This document shows, in pieces, positions 52,291 through 64,000 of a stretch of DNA of 64,000 nucleotides. The translations under genes were made by a program, and so were the position numbers. A model generated the notes under the pieces. That model had not been told where the DNA came from. It did not search any database and saw only the letters and a program-made list of their open reading frames with translations. Source of the DNA: Octopus vulgaris (Eukaryota); NCBI GenBank assembly GCA_951406725.2, contig OX597830.1:54312001-54376000 (forward strand), given 5' to 3'. The number at the start of each line of letters is the position of its first letter. The stretch's first letter is position 1.

Positions 52291-52715
52291 TGGATCGTTA
52301 CAATCTATCATGTTTCGTTTTAATTAAGAGGAGCAATTTCCAATTCCTATTTAGAATCTTTTGGAAGATTTAGGTTCCTCATATTCTGCATCACAGTTGG
52401 GAAGGTATTTAACATTTTCCGACAAATAACTAACATCTATTAAAAATAAAAAGCTTTTTTCAATGAATATTGATTTCGTTTGTTTTAAGCTTGAAGTGCC
52501 GTTGCAATTCCTCATCAGAAGATTTTGACATGGTAACATGTTCTTACTGTCATGCATATGTTATTAACCCTTGGTCTTTATCCGTCGCTACGCTGCTGGT
52601 AAAGATATTTGTTAATCATGCACGTATCTTCTAATAGTAGACCGTTACCAATTACTATCTTCTTTTAATAGTAGACTGCTACTAGTTACTATGGTAACAA
52701 CAGTCTACCTATCTA

Positions 52716-52761
<46 letters not shown>

Positions 52762-53269
52762 TTTCTCTCTCAACAACAACATTTCAAAGTAATATTTTAA
52801 AGTGTGAGATGCGTTGTCTCTATGTTGAAAGACATACAGAAACACACACACACACAACACAACTATTTATATTCTTATATAATGAAAGTTTTTTGAAGTT
52901 ATGTTGCGTTGTGTTGACAGATTTGCACTTAAAATTCCTATATTTTAAATCAAAACTTGCTAGATATTATGGTGTCAATACTACGTATGGGTGTACCTAT
53001 CTATCTTTCACACAGCACGCACATGCAGACATACACACAGACACACACACAGACACACACACACACACACACTATCTCTCACACTCACGGTAATTCTCAC
53101 TCAACCTCCTCTCTTTCTTAAAATACATTGTGACGTATATTTTGATTTTTCTTTCCCCTATAATAGATGTGACTTACAGACAGACGGGGATCCGCTTCTA
53201 TTTTATAATATAAGATTTTATAATATAAAATTAGTTTCAAATTTTGGCACAAGGCCAGAAATAGATACA

Positions 53270-53409
53270 GCTGGACACGGTGCCACAGCAAGACATGTGC
53301 GTAAAAATGTAAACGACATGTAGCGCTGCGACAACCCTCTACAAAAATGTAAAATACAGGCGAATATGCAATGCTCCTATAAAAAATAAAACTGTGAGTA
53401 CAAGAATTA

Positions 53410-53485
<76 letters not shown>

Positions 53486-54086
53486 CATATATATATATAT
53501 ACATACACATATATATATAAATATATATGCATTCTCATTCCGGCGGAGGTTAGGTGTTTCATCTCAATCATACCCCCACCATTTTACTCTTTTTCCAAAA
53601 TTTTCTTCGGTTTCCTATGTTTTCAATATTGGAGATTAGGACTCTGACAAAAAAAAAAAAAAAAAAAAAAAAAAACACGTTTTCAAAATTTTTATTTCCA
53701 TGGATGTCTGGAAAACATTTTTTTCTTGTATCATTTTCATTTCACGGCTCTCTCATAGGATTTATGAAAGATAAATGACGTAATCACCCACTAAAGTCCT
53801 CAAATTTTAAGGGATTTTGTTTATTAATTCATTTTATCTAAGAACAGGTTTTTAAATCTGCTTATGATTTGCAAACTAAAAAAGTTGATTTCAATATTGC
53901 GCGTGCGCACGGCAAATGAAGATTTCCGGTGATTTTTTTTCTCTCTAAATCTCAACTCTCCATATTTATTTCAGTTGTGATGCCAAACTACAAATTATTT
54001 TCGTGTTGGATTCACATAGAAATAGCAAATAATTCACCCTGAAATTTTATCCGCAACGAAATTCTAAGTGCGTGCGTGCGTGCGTA

Positions 54087-54126
<40 letters not shown>

Positions 54127-54842
54127 ATCCGCGTAGTTTTCTTATGTGGGATCGTGCTGGGACGGATAGGGCCGGTGACTAAACTTGGAGTACTTTACGG
54201 GGATAAATCCGATAAATTAAAAGCAAAGTATAAAAAAGATAACATTTTGATCCGAAATTTCTATGTACGATTCTCAGAATGTTTGTTTTTGCCTCGGGCA
54301 CGCGCACACGCAGAGAGTTTCTTTGTAGATCGACATAGCTCAATACAATTGTGATTGGGTAAAGTTTCAGGACAAATTATTTGCTACTTCTATATAGACA
54401 CCACAATAAGGCGGAGTTTCGAATCAGTTGGATTTTCTCTGTTTTGACAGGGATATTTCCATTTTTTTCTTCACCACGGTATTCGAAATGATGGACAAGA
54501 TGAGGGAGAAATGCTTTTTACGAAAGAAATTTTGAAAATATATGATGTTTTTCACCCCTCCGCTCCCTTCACTCATCTGGACCAATTTCGGCCAATTTTA
54601 TGCACTTAAAATCGATAGAGAAGCCATACTTTTTTTACTATTTTACTTGTTTCAGTCATGTGACTGTGGCCATGCTGGAGTACCGCCTTTAGTCGAGCAA
54701 ATCGACCCCAGGACTTATTCTTTGGAAGCCTAGTACTTATTCTATCGATCTCTTTTGCCTAACCGCTAAGTTTCGGGGACGTAAACACACCAGCATCGGT
54801 TGTTAAGCCGGGGGACAAACACAGACACAGAAACATATACAC

Positions 54843-54910
<68 letters not shown>

Positions 54911-56935
54911 GACGGGCTTCTTTTCAGTTTCCGTCTACCAAATCCACTCACAAGGCTTTGGTCGGCCCGAGGCTATAGTAGAAGACATTTGCCCAAGGTG
55001 CCACGCAGTGGGACTGAACCCGGAACTATCTGGTTCGTAAGCAAGCTACTTAACACACAGCCACTCCTACGCCTTCTCGATTAAAAAAAAATTCGGATGA
55101 AAATATTTTCAGATGAAAGGGTGTGTGATTTAAGGGAAATTTAGTGGTTGTTTTTAGCACACCTCACGACTACTTGACACCCGCCTCGTTTCTTCCCCAC
55201 GATCCGGAACCAAGCGATTCCGGGCGTGTGTGCTCGTGTGTCTGTATGAAAGCATATTTTCTAACCGTAAAATATGGTAAAAAATGCATTTTATGGAGTG
55301 ATGATGCGAAAGTAACATAGGCGGTTCATTGCTGGGATTTAAGGAAAAAAAATGTGGTTTTAATTTTTAACCCCTCTCCCTACGAATCAAGCGATGCCGT
55401 GTGTGTGTATGTGTGTGTGCGTGCGAGTTCCTTCTCGAGCCATGCCAGGCTCATAAGGGCCGGTCTCCCCGTTTCAGTGGTGTAGAAATTCCTCACCTGG
55501 ATGGGACGCCGGTCCGTTACTCATTTTTGCCAGCTGAGTGGACTGGAGCAACGTGAAAATAAAGTGTTTTGTTCAAGAACACAACGCATCGCCCGGTCCA
55601 GGAATCGAAACCACAACCTTACGTTCATGAGTTCAACACCCTAACCACTAAGCCACGCGCCTCAGCGTGTCCTTGTGTGCATGAGTGCGTGTGCGTATGT
55701 GTAAGAAAAAAGAAACATTTTCTTTCAGAAAACTTTGCTATTAAAATAAATGATCTTTCACATCTCTTTTTAAAACCACGATAGATAAATCTCAACAATA
55801 ACCGTCTCATATTTGAAAATTGTAAATAGAAATAATCGGAGGGGGAGCGGGGTTGAAAAAAATCATAAATTTTCAATTTTTTTTTTTAATAGCATATTGA
55901 GCCCGTGAGAAAGAATCGAAGAATGTGGTCGTGGGAAGTGCTAGAAACAACAGCCAAATCTACCTTAAATCGTACACCTTTTCGTTTGAAAATATCTTCA
56001 TTTTTTTTTTTAACAAAAAATCTTGCCCCCACCATCGTTTCCAAGGCCGTGGTGGATAAAAAATTGGGAAAATTTCAGTCAAAATCGAGAAAATACAACT
56101 TATGTAGGCGTCCTGATCCATGACGCCACCAATTTTTTTTTCCCGACCATTTTTTAATTTAGTGTGGATAAACCCCAGCAATGACTTTCTCAGAGTCCCT
56201 AATATTTTAAAATTATAAACAGAAACAGACGGCGATGGGGCTGAAAAAAATCCCAAATCTTTCGAATTTTTTTTTGTTTTTAATAATAAACTTTTCTGTT
56301 AGCAAATATACTTCTCTCTCTCTCTCTCCCTCTCTCACGCACACACACACACATAGATTCCTTTGGGGGGGTGGGGAACAAAGAAGGTACAAGTAGTCTA
56401 GCATATCGAGTTTTCAGGGAGGGCTCGGTGTTTTTTCGTGTGCAGTTTCAGGAAATAGCTACCCATGTGTAATCATACCCAATACATAAAACACTAGTTT
56501 TGTGCCTTTGGAAAGCAGGAAGAGGTGGGGGAGAGGCAGCAGAGGATGTTTCTAAGAATAGAATTAAAGAAACAAATTTTGGCGGAATTCTGGTCTAAGT
56601 ACCCGCATATTTGAAAACGTGCTTTTTTTTTTTTTTTTTTGGCAAAATCGTAACCTGCAATATCGAAAACAGGAATCCGAAGAAATTTAAAAAAAAAAAA
56701 AAAGGAAACAAAATGAGAGTGGGGGGGGGGGTCAAGGTGCAAACACCCGACTTTCGCCGAAATGGGAATGCATATATGATTAATTCTTGTACTCACAGTT
56801 ATTTTTTAATTTTTTTTTTTTGTATAGAGACGTCGCATCTTCGCGCGGTGTTTACATTTTTGTATAGGGATGTCGGAGCTCCAAGAGTTGTTTACATTTT
56901 TACTCAGGTTTTGCGGATGACAGCGTGTCTGGCAA
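53270..56935. repeat. Long diverged inverted-repeat pair (foldback-like), arms ~53270-53690 and ~56608-56935
   Basis: aactgtgagtacaagaattaatcatatat (53390) matches atatatgattaattcttgtactcacagtt (56772). Colinear inverted similarity extends over more than 300 bp. Confidence 0.7.
54640..55070 (-). mobile_element. tRNA-derived SINE family A
   Basis: Homologous to 6405-6856. Confidence 0.75.
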
Positions 56936-57253
56936 GAACGATGTTTCATGCATGAGAGGAATATTTCAGTTTCCTGAAATGACTTACGTTAAAAGACAAT
57001 TTCGGTTCTTTTTAATTTTCTTCTTTTACCTTCTTTCTTTCTTTCTTTCTTTTCTTTTTTTTTCTTTAACGGTTTCTTAAACACTGTTTTAACGAAGATC
57101 TCAGATGCAACCCTTCCGCGCAGAGAGATTGACAATGTACGTCTACAAAGTTTGCTGTTCGCTGCTGAACTGATGTTCGCTATTCGGAGCTTCTGTTCGT
57201 TATTATTATTATTATTATTGTCGCTCGGTTTCTTGAAGGGAAAGGCGAAGAGC

Positions 57254-57568
57254 GAGAGAGAAAGGAGGAGAGAGAAAGGAGGAGAGAGAAAGGAGAGGAG
57301 AGAAAGGAGGAGAGAGAGAAAGGAGAGGAGAGAAAGGAGGAGAGAGAAAGGAGAGGAGAGAAAGGAGAGGAGAGAAAGGAGGGGAGAGAAAGGAGGAGAG
57401 AGAAAGGAGGGGAGAGAAAGGAGAGGAGAGAGAAAGGAGAAGAGAGACAGGAGAGGAGAGAAAGGAGAGGAGAGAAAGGAGGAGAGAGAAAGGAGAGGAG
57501 AGAAAGGAGGAGAGAGAAAGGAGAGGAGAGAAAGGAGGAGAGAGAAAGGAGGGAGAGGAGGAGAGAGG
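57254..57568 (+). repeat. Near-pure polypurine (GGA/GA) minisatellite
   Basis: Repeats of gagagaaaggag(g)ag with almost no pyrimidines; a second GA-rich tract lies at 57705-57895. Confidence 0.9.
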
Positions 57569-58071
57569 TGTCAACGACGTGAGGTAAGGCTAACGTAATA
57601 AATATACTAAGTTGTTAAAAAAAGTTTGTCGAAGAGTGACATGGAGAGAGTAAGAAATACAATGTTTAGCAGAGGGATGGTGTGGTGGTGCGGTTAAAGA
57701 AAGGCAAAGAGAGAGGGAGAGAGAGATGGAGAGAGGGAGAGGGAGAGAGGGAGATAGAGAGAGAGTGGGAGAGAGGGAGATAGAGAGAAAGGGAAAGAGA
57801 GGGAGGGAGATAGAGAGAAGGAGAGGGAGGGAGAGGGAGGGAGAGGGAGGGAGAGGGAGATAGATGGGTGGAGAGAGAGAGAGAGAGAGAGAGAGTAGTG
57901 GTCTTATTGCCAGCCTATCCATTTATATGGTTAGCGGAAGTGAGAGGAGAGAAAGAGAAAGAGAAAGAAAGAACGCAAGGTAGAGGGAAGGTAATATTTA
58001 TTACCTGGTTAAAAAGTTAGTTGAAAGAAGTTATATAGAGAAAGAAGTGGGGGTGATGAACTTCAAAAAGA

Positions 58072-58153
<82 letters not shown>

Positions 58154-58791
58154 CTTTATTCACCATAAGGTTGAGAAAAAGAGGGGACAAAACAAACGTT
58201 GGGGTCAGGGTATCGAATGAGACGAAACATGAATAAACAAACAATTAAAATATATACAATTAAATGAGAATGAGTGAATAACAAAAAAATGAAGCGGAGG
58301 ACACGGTTGACCCCACAAACCACATACTCATACTGAAGGCTTTGCTTTCTCCTTTTTCACATTCTTGATTAAACAGGTTCTTTCACTCGCAATAAACTTT
58401 GGTTGTCAAACAACTTTGACTGAGCTTTGTTATGGAAAACTATCATGGCGCTAGTGGTGATGTTGGCGGTGAAAGTGTAGTTTTTTAAAAAATTTTATTA
58501 CATTGAACTGAATTTTTTAATATCGTTTATCACTTAACACGTGCACATTAGTGCAGTTATCTGTCGTCTCCTCGCTTGAAAATTGATATGTTGTTACAAA
58601 TAATAAAACGCCCTGTGTCACGTTGTGCCACTGAGGAGTGTGGAGTGACAGTCGGAGTCACTAAAGACAGGCCAACTACATTCAAATGTTTTGCTCTGAA
58701 GACGCTGGTATTTTCTTCATGGTAAAACAGCAAATTTTTTACCGTAAATTTTATGTAGTTTATCAGTTTCACACACACACACACACACACA

Positions 58792-58851
<60 letters not shown>

Positions 58852-59149
58852 CACACACAAAAACGCACGCACACACATACACACACAAATATACGATGTG
58901 TGTGTGTGTGTGTAACAAACGAGGGAAAGAAAAGGCAATTCACGAGGTTCATTATTAATCACAACGATCGTTTCGACCACCTTGCATCGATCCCTTGCGG
59001 TTATGCTGCATCGTTTGATGTAGATGAGTCTCGTCAGGTGACTTACCAAAATGCATTTCGTTCAATAAACTTAGTTTCGCTTGGTTCGATTAAACAGCAT
59101 GTGGTTATTTGTCTGTATAATATCCGCTTGAAACAATATAGTAGGCCCA

Positions 59150-60660
59150 CGAGGTAATTATAGCAACTTTTAAAAATGCTTGCTTATGGCCCAGGTTAGT
59201 AGAAAATGACAGTGAGTTTGAAAACTCTAAGGAAGAACATTTAGAATGCCGTCATAACTTAGAGTAATATTCGCAATTATTTGTGCCTTTTGTAATCCTC
59301 ATAATGTTATTCACCTTTGGAACTTTTTGAAGAATAAATGATTGAAGATTTTTTTTAGGTAGAGGTTAGGAAAGAGAAGATGCCGAAAACTCCGCTCTTC
59401 ATCTCTTAAATAAAGTATAAATATATGGGAAACTACCACCTGTATCATCTCTTGTGAAAGGTAGAAGAGTCCAGTTTGCTGGACATTGTTGTTGAGCTGA
59501 AAACGAGGTAATTTCTACTCTTCTCCTCTGGAAGTCATCTGCTCGCGATGCCAGAGGGCGCACACCCTCCTACCTTGATATAATCTCCAGGGATACAGGC
59601 ATCCAGCAACAGGACCTCCGTAATGCTATGATGGACCGTGAAGTCTGGCGTAACATAGTAAATTCCATTTTCTCTACCACGGTCGAACAATGATGATGAT
59701 GATGAAATAAAGTTTTAATTGAAAACGAGACAGAATGTCAGAGAATAGGACTATCGCAACGTCAAGGAGAATGTAGGGATATAAATGAACAGGAACTTCA
59801 AGTATATTCTGTTAACTTATATAATCTGAATAAGGAACAAAGACTAATGGCTGATGTGGTAATATCTGCAGTTGCAAAGAAGAGAAAGGGAGAAATTCCA
59901 GAATGTAGTTGTTTTCATATCGATGTTCCTGGATGATGCTATAAAACTTTCTAAACATTATCATCTCTCATCTTAGGAACAACAATTTTAATACATAAGT
60001 GCTAGTAAATTATTGTTAGGTGGTAAAACTTCACATACTTTATGTAAATTACCAGTATCCTTAAGTGATATAAGCATTTGTAATATATCACCTGCATCTG
60101 AGCAAGTTCATTTCTTAAGAGATCAAGATTTAATTCACATTGATGAAGCATCTATGATACTAACATTTGCACATTCATGCCGTTCGTAGATGCCTTCAAA
60201 ATTACTAGTATCAATAGCATTTTTGGAGGAAAGATCATCTTATTGTGAGGGGATTATAGACAAGTGTTACCTATTTTTCCACTAGTAACAAAATATGACA
60301 TCGTAGTTGGATTGAAGGCTTGCGAGTCGGTGGGACTTTGGCGGGTAGGTGAGCATTGATACCTCGAGTTAAACTGATACCCAGCGAATCAGATTTACTT
60401 TTTATATTACAAAGGACTCAGTTTCCCATTAGATTATCTTATTTAATGACAATTAATAAAGCACGAGATGTAATATTCAATAGGATAGGGTTTTACATAC
60501 CCCAACCAGTACTTAGTCAGGGATAGTTATATATTGTATTTTTCAGGGCCAGGAAACTAAATGATATTGTTCTTAAAGTAGTAAATACCATTAGGAAAGG
60601 AAAACAAAAGAGGAAAAACAATCATAAAAAACACTGTAGATCAGGAAGTATTAAATTAAT
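59150..60660 (+). mobile_element. Helitron PIF1-helicase remnant
   Basis: Degenerate LNKEQR, LLLGGKTSH..CKLP, IDEASM, FGGKIILL.GDYRQVLP, RTQFPL and MTINKA read across frameshifts. Confidence 0.7.
59417..59704 (+). mobile_element. 5'-truncated RTE LINE inserted into the Helitron remnant
   Basis: RRVQFAGHC...LLLW...AMMDREVWR with a (tga)n tail. TSD AAATAAAGT at 59408-59416 and 59705-59713. Confidence 0.8.
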
Positions 60661-61844
60661 GATATCATGATAATGAAAGGCGGCGAGCTGGCAGAAACGC
60701 TAGCGCGCCGGGCGAAATGCGTAGCCATATTTCGTCTGCCGCTATATTCTGAGTTCAAATTCCGCCGAGGTCGACTTTGCCTTTCATCCTTTCATGGTCG
60801 ATAAATTAAGTACCTGTTACGCACTTGGGTCGATATAATCGACTTAATCCGTTTGTCTGTCCTTGTTTGTCCCCTCTGTGTGTGGCCCCTTGTGGCCCCT
60901 TGTGGGTAGTAAAGAATTAGATATTATGATAATGATAATTAATGGTTTCATGGTTTAAATGATACAATGACGTAATAATTATACTGGTATCTCAAACAAA
61001 AAAAAATAATTGCAATGTTATTAATTATTGATTTTTATTGATTTCTTTTGTAAATCATATTCATTATATAAATTGCATGTCAATGTTTATTTAAATGTAA
61101 ATAAATTCACGTGTATTTTAATAAATAATTACTTTTCCCTATCTCTCCAACCCTGAGTGATAACTTGCTTAATTTAAATAAATTACTTAAATTACATAAT
61201 GCGTGAATGCACAAATAAATGTAAAAGTTATTTATTGCCTTAGTTGCCTATGGTTGTAGAACTAGCATGGGTTCAGTTACAGCATACTGAAACAAAGTAA
61301 TTATATAGAAAATGTAAACATGTGCGAATTAGACAACAGTGACCATTGAGAACCTATATATTAATACGCCGTGGTTGAATGCGTTACGATATCGAGTGAT
61401 TAGTTGGAGGGGGGGGGTGAAGTGCGAGAGAAAAAAAGGAAGAGTGAGAAGTGTTAACAACATGACATAGAAAAGGAATAACAGTTATTACATTAAGACC
61501 GAATGTGTGACGCTGTCATGTGGTTAGTTTAAAAAAGGAGAGAGTAGAGTGTTATCGCTAAGAGGCAAATTACGTTTTGTGGTTAGTTGCGATTACGTTT
61601 TGTGGTTAGTTGAAGATAGAGGTCGAAAGTTGAAAGAGAGAGAGAGAGAGAGAGAGATATAAACATGTAAAGTGCAAAGGCATCAACTATGCAAGAGGCA
61701 TAGAAAGATAGGGAGGGGCAAAGAGAGTGTTGACAGAAATGAATGTGGGAGTGGAAATCTGTTGCATGATTTTAAACGAAGCACAGCAAAATATTGTGAC
61801 AGACAGTAAAAATAAAAGTCTAGTTGCTATTACAGGTTTTAATA

Positions 61845-62230
61845 TCAGCCGGTGGACCAATTTGAAAGGGTTAAAGACTGACATTTTCCTTTTTGGCCAA
61901 GCCCTCATCAACTTCTTCAAGTTTCCCTTGAAAAGGAAAATGAAGGAGGGAAGTGCTGCCTCCCAGCAAATTTGTTAAAAGATGAGTGAATGTAGCAGGA
62001 ATAGCCCGAATGAACGGGTCTGCTCTAAGCATGCGCCTCTAGATCGAGGAGTGGGCACTTTCCCTAATTGTTAGGGAGATCGTGGTTTTTGTGGGGTTTT
62101 CTCAAGCAGCCCTTAGAAGTCTCTTTCTTTTGAGGATTTAATTTATTAGAATTTATATTGTTATTTTTTGTTTACAAGTTTCAGTCGCACCCTATTCCCC
62201 CAGTCCCCAATCTTTTTATGTGAAGCTCCA
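61845..62230 (+). mobile_element. L1/Tx1-like 3' fragment
   Basis: RWTNLKGLK...FGQALINFFKF; homologous to 43443-43990. Confidence 0.55.
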
Positions 62231-62231
62231 G

Positions 62232-62304
<73 letters not shown>

Positions 62305-62464
62305 CATTATTATAGTGAGTTTTTCTTCTTTCTTCTGTCTGGGACTAAGAAGTTTATTTGATACATTGATAGACCATTAACATAAACACACCAGATTATT
62401 CATTTACAAAATCAAGTTATGTGAGAAAAATAAAAGGCAGAGAAAAAGAAAAAAGGAAAAAGGA

Positions 62465-62600
62465 AAACAAAGACCACATGGATTGTAATCGTTCTCACAG
62501 CATATATGCTCTTCTCAATACGTCTGACGTACCAGTTAAAATAATCTTTTGTACTTCTTGCACGGCTGGTAAGCCAAGGATCATTCTCAAATAATTTTCA
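62465..62600 (-). mobile_element. R4/Dong-like extreme 3' fragment
   Basis: ENYLRMILGLPAVQEVQKIILTGTSDVLRRA is nearly the same as the end of ORF 21834-22133. Confidence 0.75.
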
Positions 62601-62601
62601 A

Positions 62602-62693
<92 letters not shown>

Positions 62694-63281
62694 GTTAGTA
62701 TTATTTTTATTGTTGTTGTTGTTGTTGTCGGCGAGTGAAAACATGTTTCTTTTAGCTCCGGACGGCACAAAACTGCACGTCGTCGTAGAGGGCGGAAGGC
62801 CGATGTGTTACCTCTGTGGTGACAAAAACCACCTCTAGGTCTCTTGTCCCAAACAGAGAAAAAAAAAGGAGCGGCCAGCACTGCTACTAACACCAATGTT
62901 AGTGTCACCTTCAGCGCTGCAACAACAGCAGCAGCAGCAGGTGCAGCAGCAGCAAATACACCAAAGGCAGCACTAGCGCTATCACCACCACCACCACCAC
63001 CACCACCTGCAACAGCAACAGCGATGTTGCCTCCAGCAGTCACTGAGGCACAAACAACATCAACACCACCAACAGCAGAATCGTAAGCACACCGGGTAAA
63101 ATGCTTACCGTCATTTCGACCATCTTTATGTTCTGAACCGAGGCCGACTTTGTTTTCATCCTTTCGGAGTCGATGAAATAAGTACCAGTTACGCACTGGG
63201 ATCGACGTAATCGCTTAGCTCCCTCCCACAAAATTTCAGATCTTGTGCCTATAATAGTAAGGATTATTATAATTATTTTGA

Positions 63282-63778
63282 AGGCGGCGATCTAGCAGAA
63301 TCGTTAGCACGCCGGGAGAAATGCTTAGCGGTATTTCGTCTGCCGCTACGTTCTGAGTTCAAATTCCGCCGAGGTCGACTTTGCCTTTCATCTTTTCGGG
63401 GTCGATTAAATAAGTACCAGTTACGCACTGGGGTAGATGTAATCGACTTAATCCGTTTGTCTGTCCTTGTTTGTCCCCTCTGTGTTTAGCCCTTGTGGGT
63501 AGTAAAGAAATAGGTATTTCGTCTGCCGTTACGTTCTGAGCTCAAATTCCGCCGAGGTCTACTTTGCCTTTCATCCTTTCGGGGTCGATAAATTAAGTAC
63601 CAGTTGCGCACTGGGGTCGATATAATCGACTTAATCCGTTTGTCTGTCCTTGTTTGTACCCTCTGTGTGTAGCCCCTTGTGGGCAGTAAAGAAATAGGTA
63701 TTTTGTCTGCCGCTACGTTCTGAGTTCAAATTTCGCCGAGCTCGACTTGTTTCTTTCGGGTTAGATAAATTAAGTACC
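63282..63778 (+). mobile_element. Head-to-tail multimer of SINE family C
   Basis: One head followed by ~183-bp units starting gtattt(c/t)gtctgccg at 63331, 63514 and 63698. Confidence 0.8.
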
Positions 63779-64000
63779 TTGTGCCTTTAGTTGATACTCT
63801 GAACAGAAACACAGGCGAAGGCGAAATTAATTTCTCACCAAAGAGAAATAAAATTTCCCCTTGTTGCTACGACGACGACAGTAACAAGTGCAAGAATACC
63901 AGCAAAAACTATAATGACGGCGGCGACGACGACAGCAACAATGTGAACAGCGGCAGCACCACCACTGCCTACAACAACACCATGGACACCGTCGGAGGCA

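Noticed and set aside
52470-52520. CTGATGA...GAAA on the minus strand
   Set aside because: No stem II or stem I closure; probably a chance match.
52351-52557. Small ORF whose last ~28 codons are also open upstream of paralogue 4
   Set aside because: Most differences between the two copies are non-synonymous and there is no shared start, so it is treated as non-coding conservation.
57152-57598. 148-aa Arg/Glu-rich ORF
   Set aside because: Translation of the polypurine minisatellite.
62495-63196. 233-aa ORF
   Set aside because: A chimera of SINE sequence, trinucleotide repeats and an R4/Dong 3' fragment.

Overview
AT-rich, microsatellite-dense animal genomic DNA. The (TA)n/(CA)n/(TAA)n load and SINE types suggest an octopus/coleoid cephalopod, which is inference. 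The only convincing host genes are five tandem minus-strand paralogues with single-exon CDSs (4091-4993, 11390-12250, 24994-25896, 33899-34822, 51349-52236). They encode ~290-310 aa seven-TM proteins with a rhodopsin-like (class A GPCR) skeleton but rewritten activation motifs (DRY->DFI, NPxxY->xPFxW, no CWxP). Each has a conserved splice acceptor just upstream of the ATG, and copy 2 has a premature stop in front of an intact in-frame tail. The intergenic space is transposon debris: mariner, Chapaev-like, Helitron, L1/Tx1, CR1-like, R4/Dong-like, RTE, Penelope-like and several tRNA-SINE families. Short islands between (TA)n tracts hold at least seven recognisable minimal type-I hammerhead ribozyme motifs plus several decayed ones. 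One sits in a 404-bp monomer with a perfect 139-bp terminal redundancy (retrozyme/Penelope-like architecture). All alignments and folds were done by eye; no database search was run.
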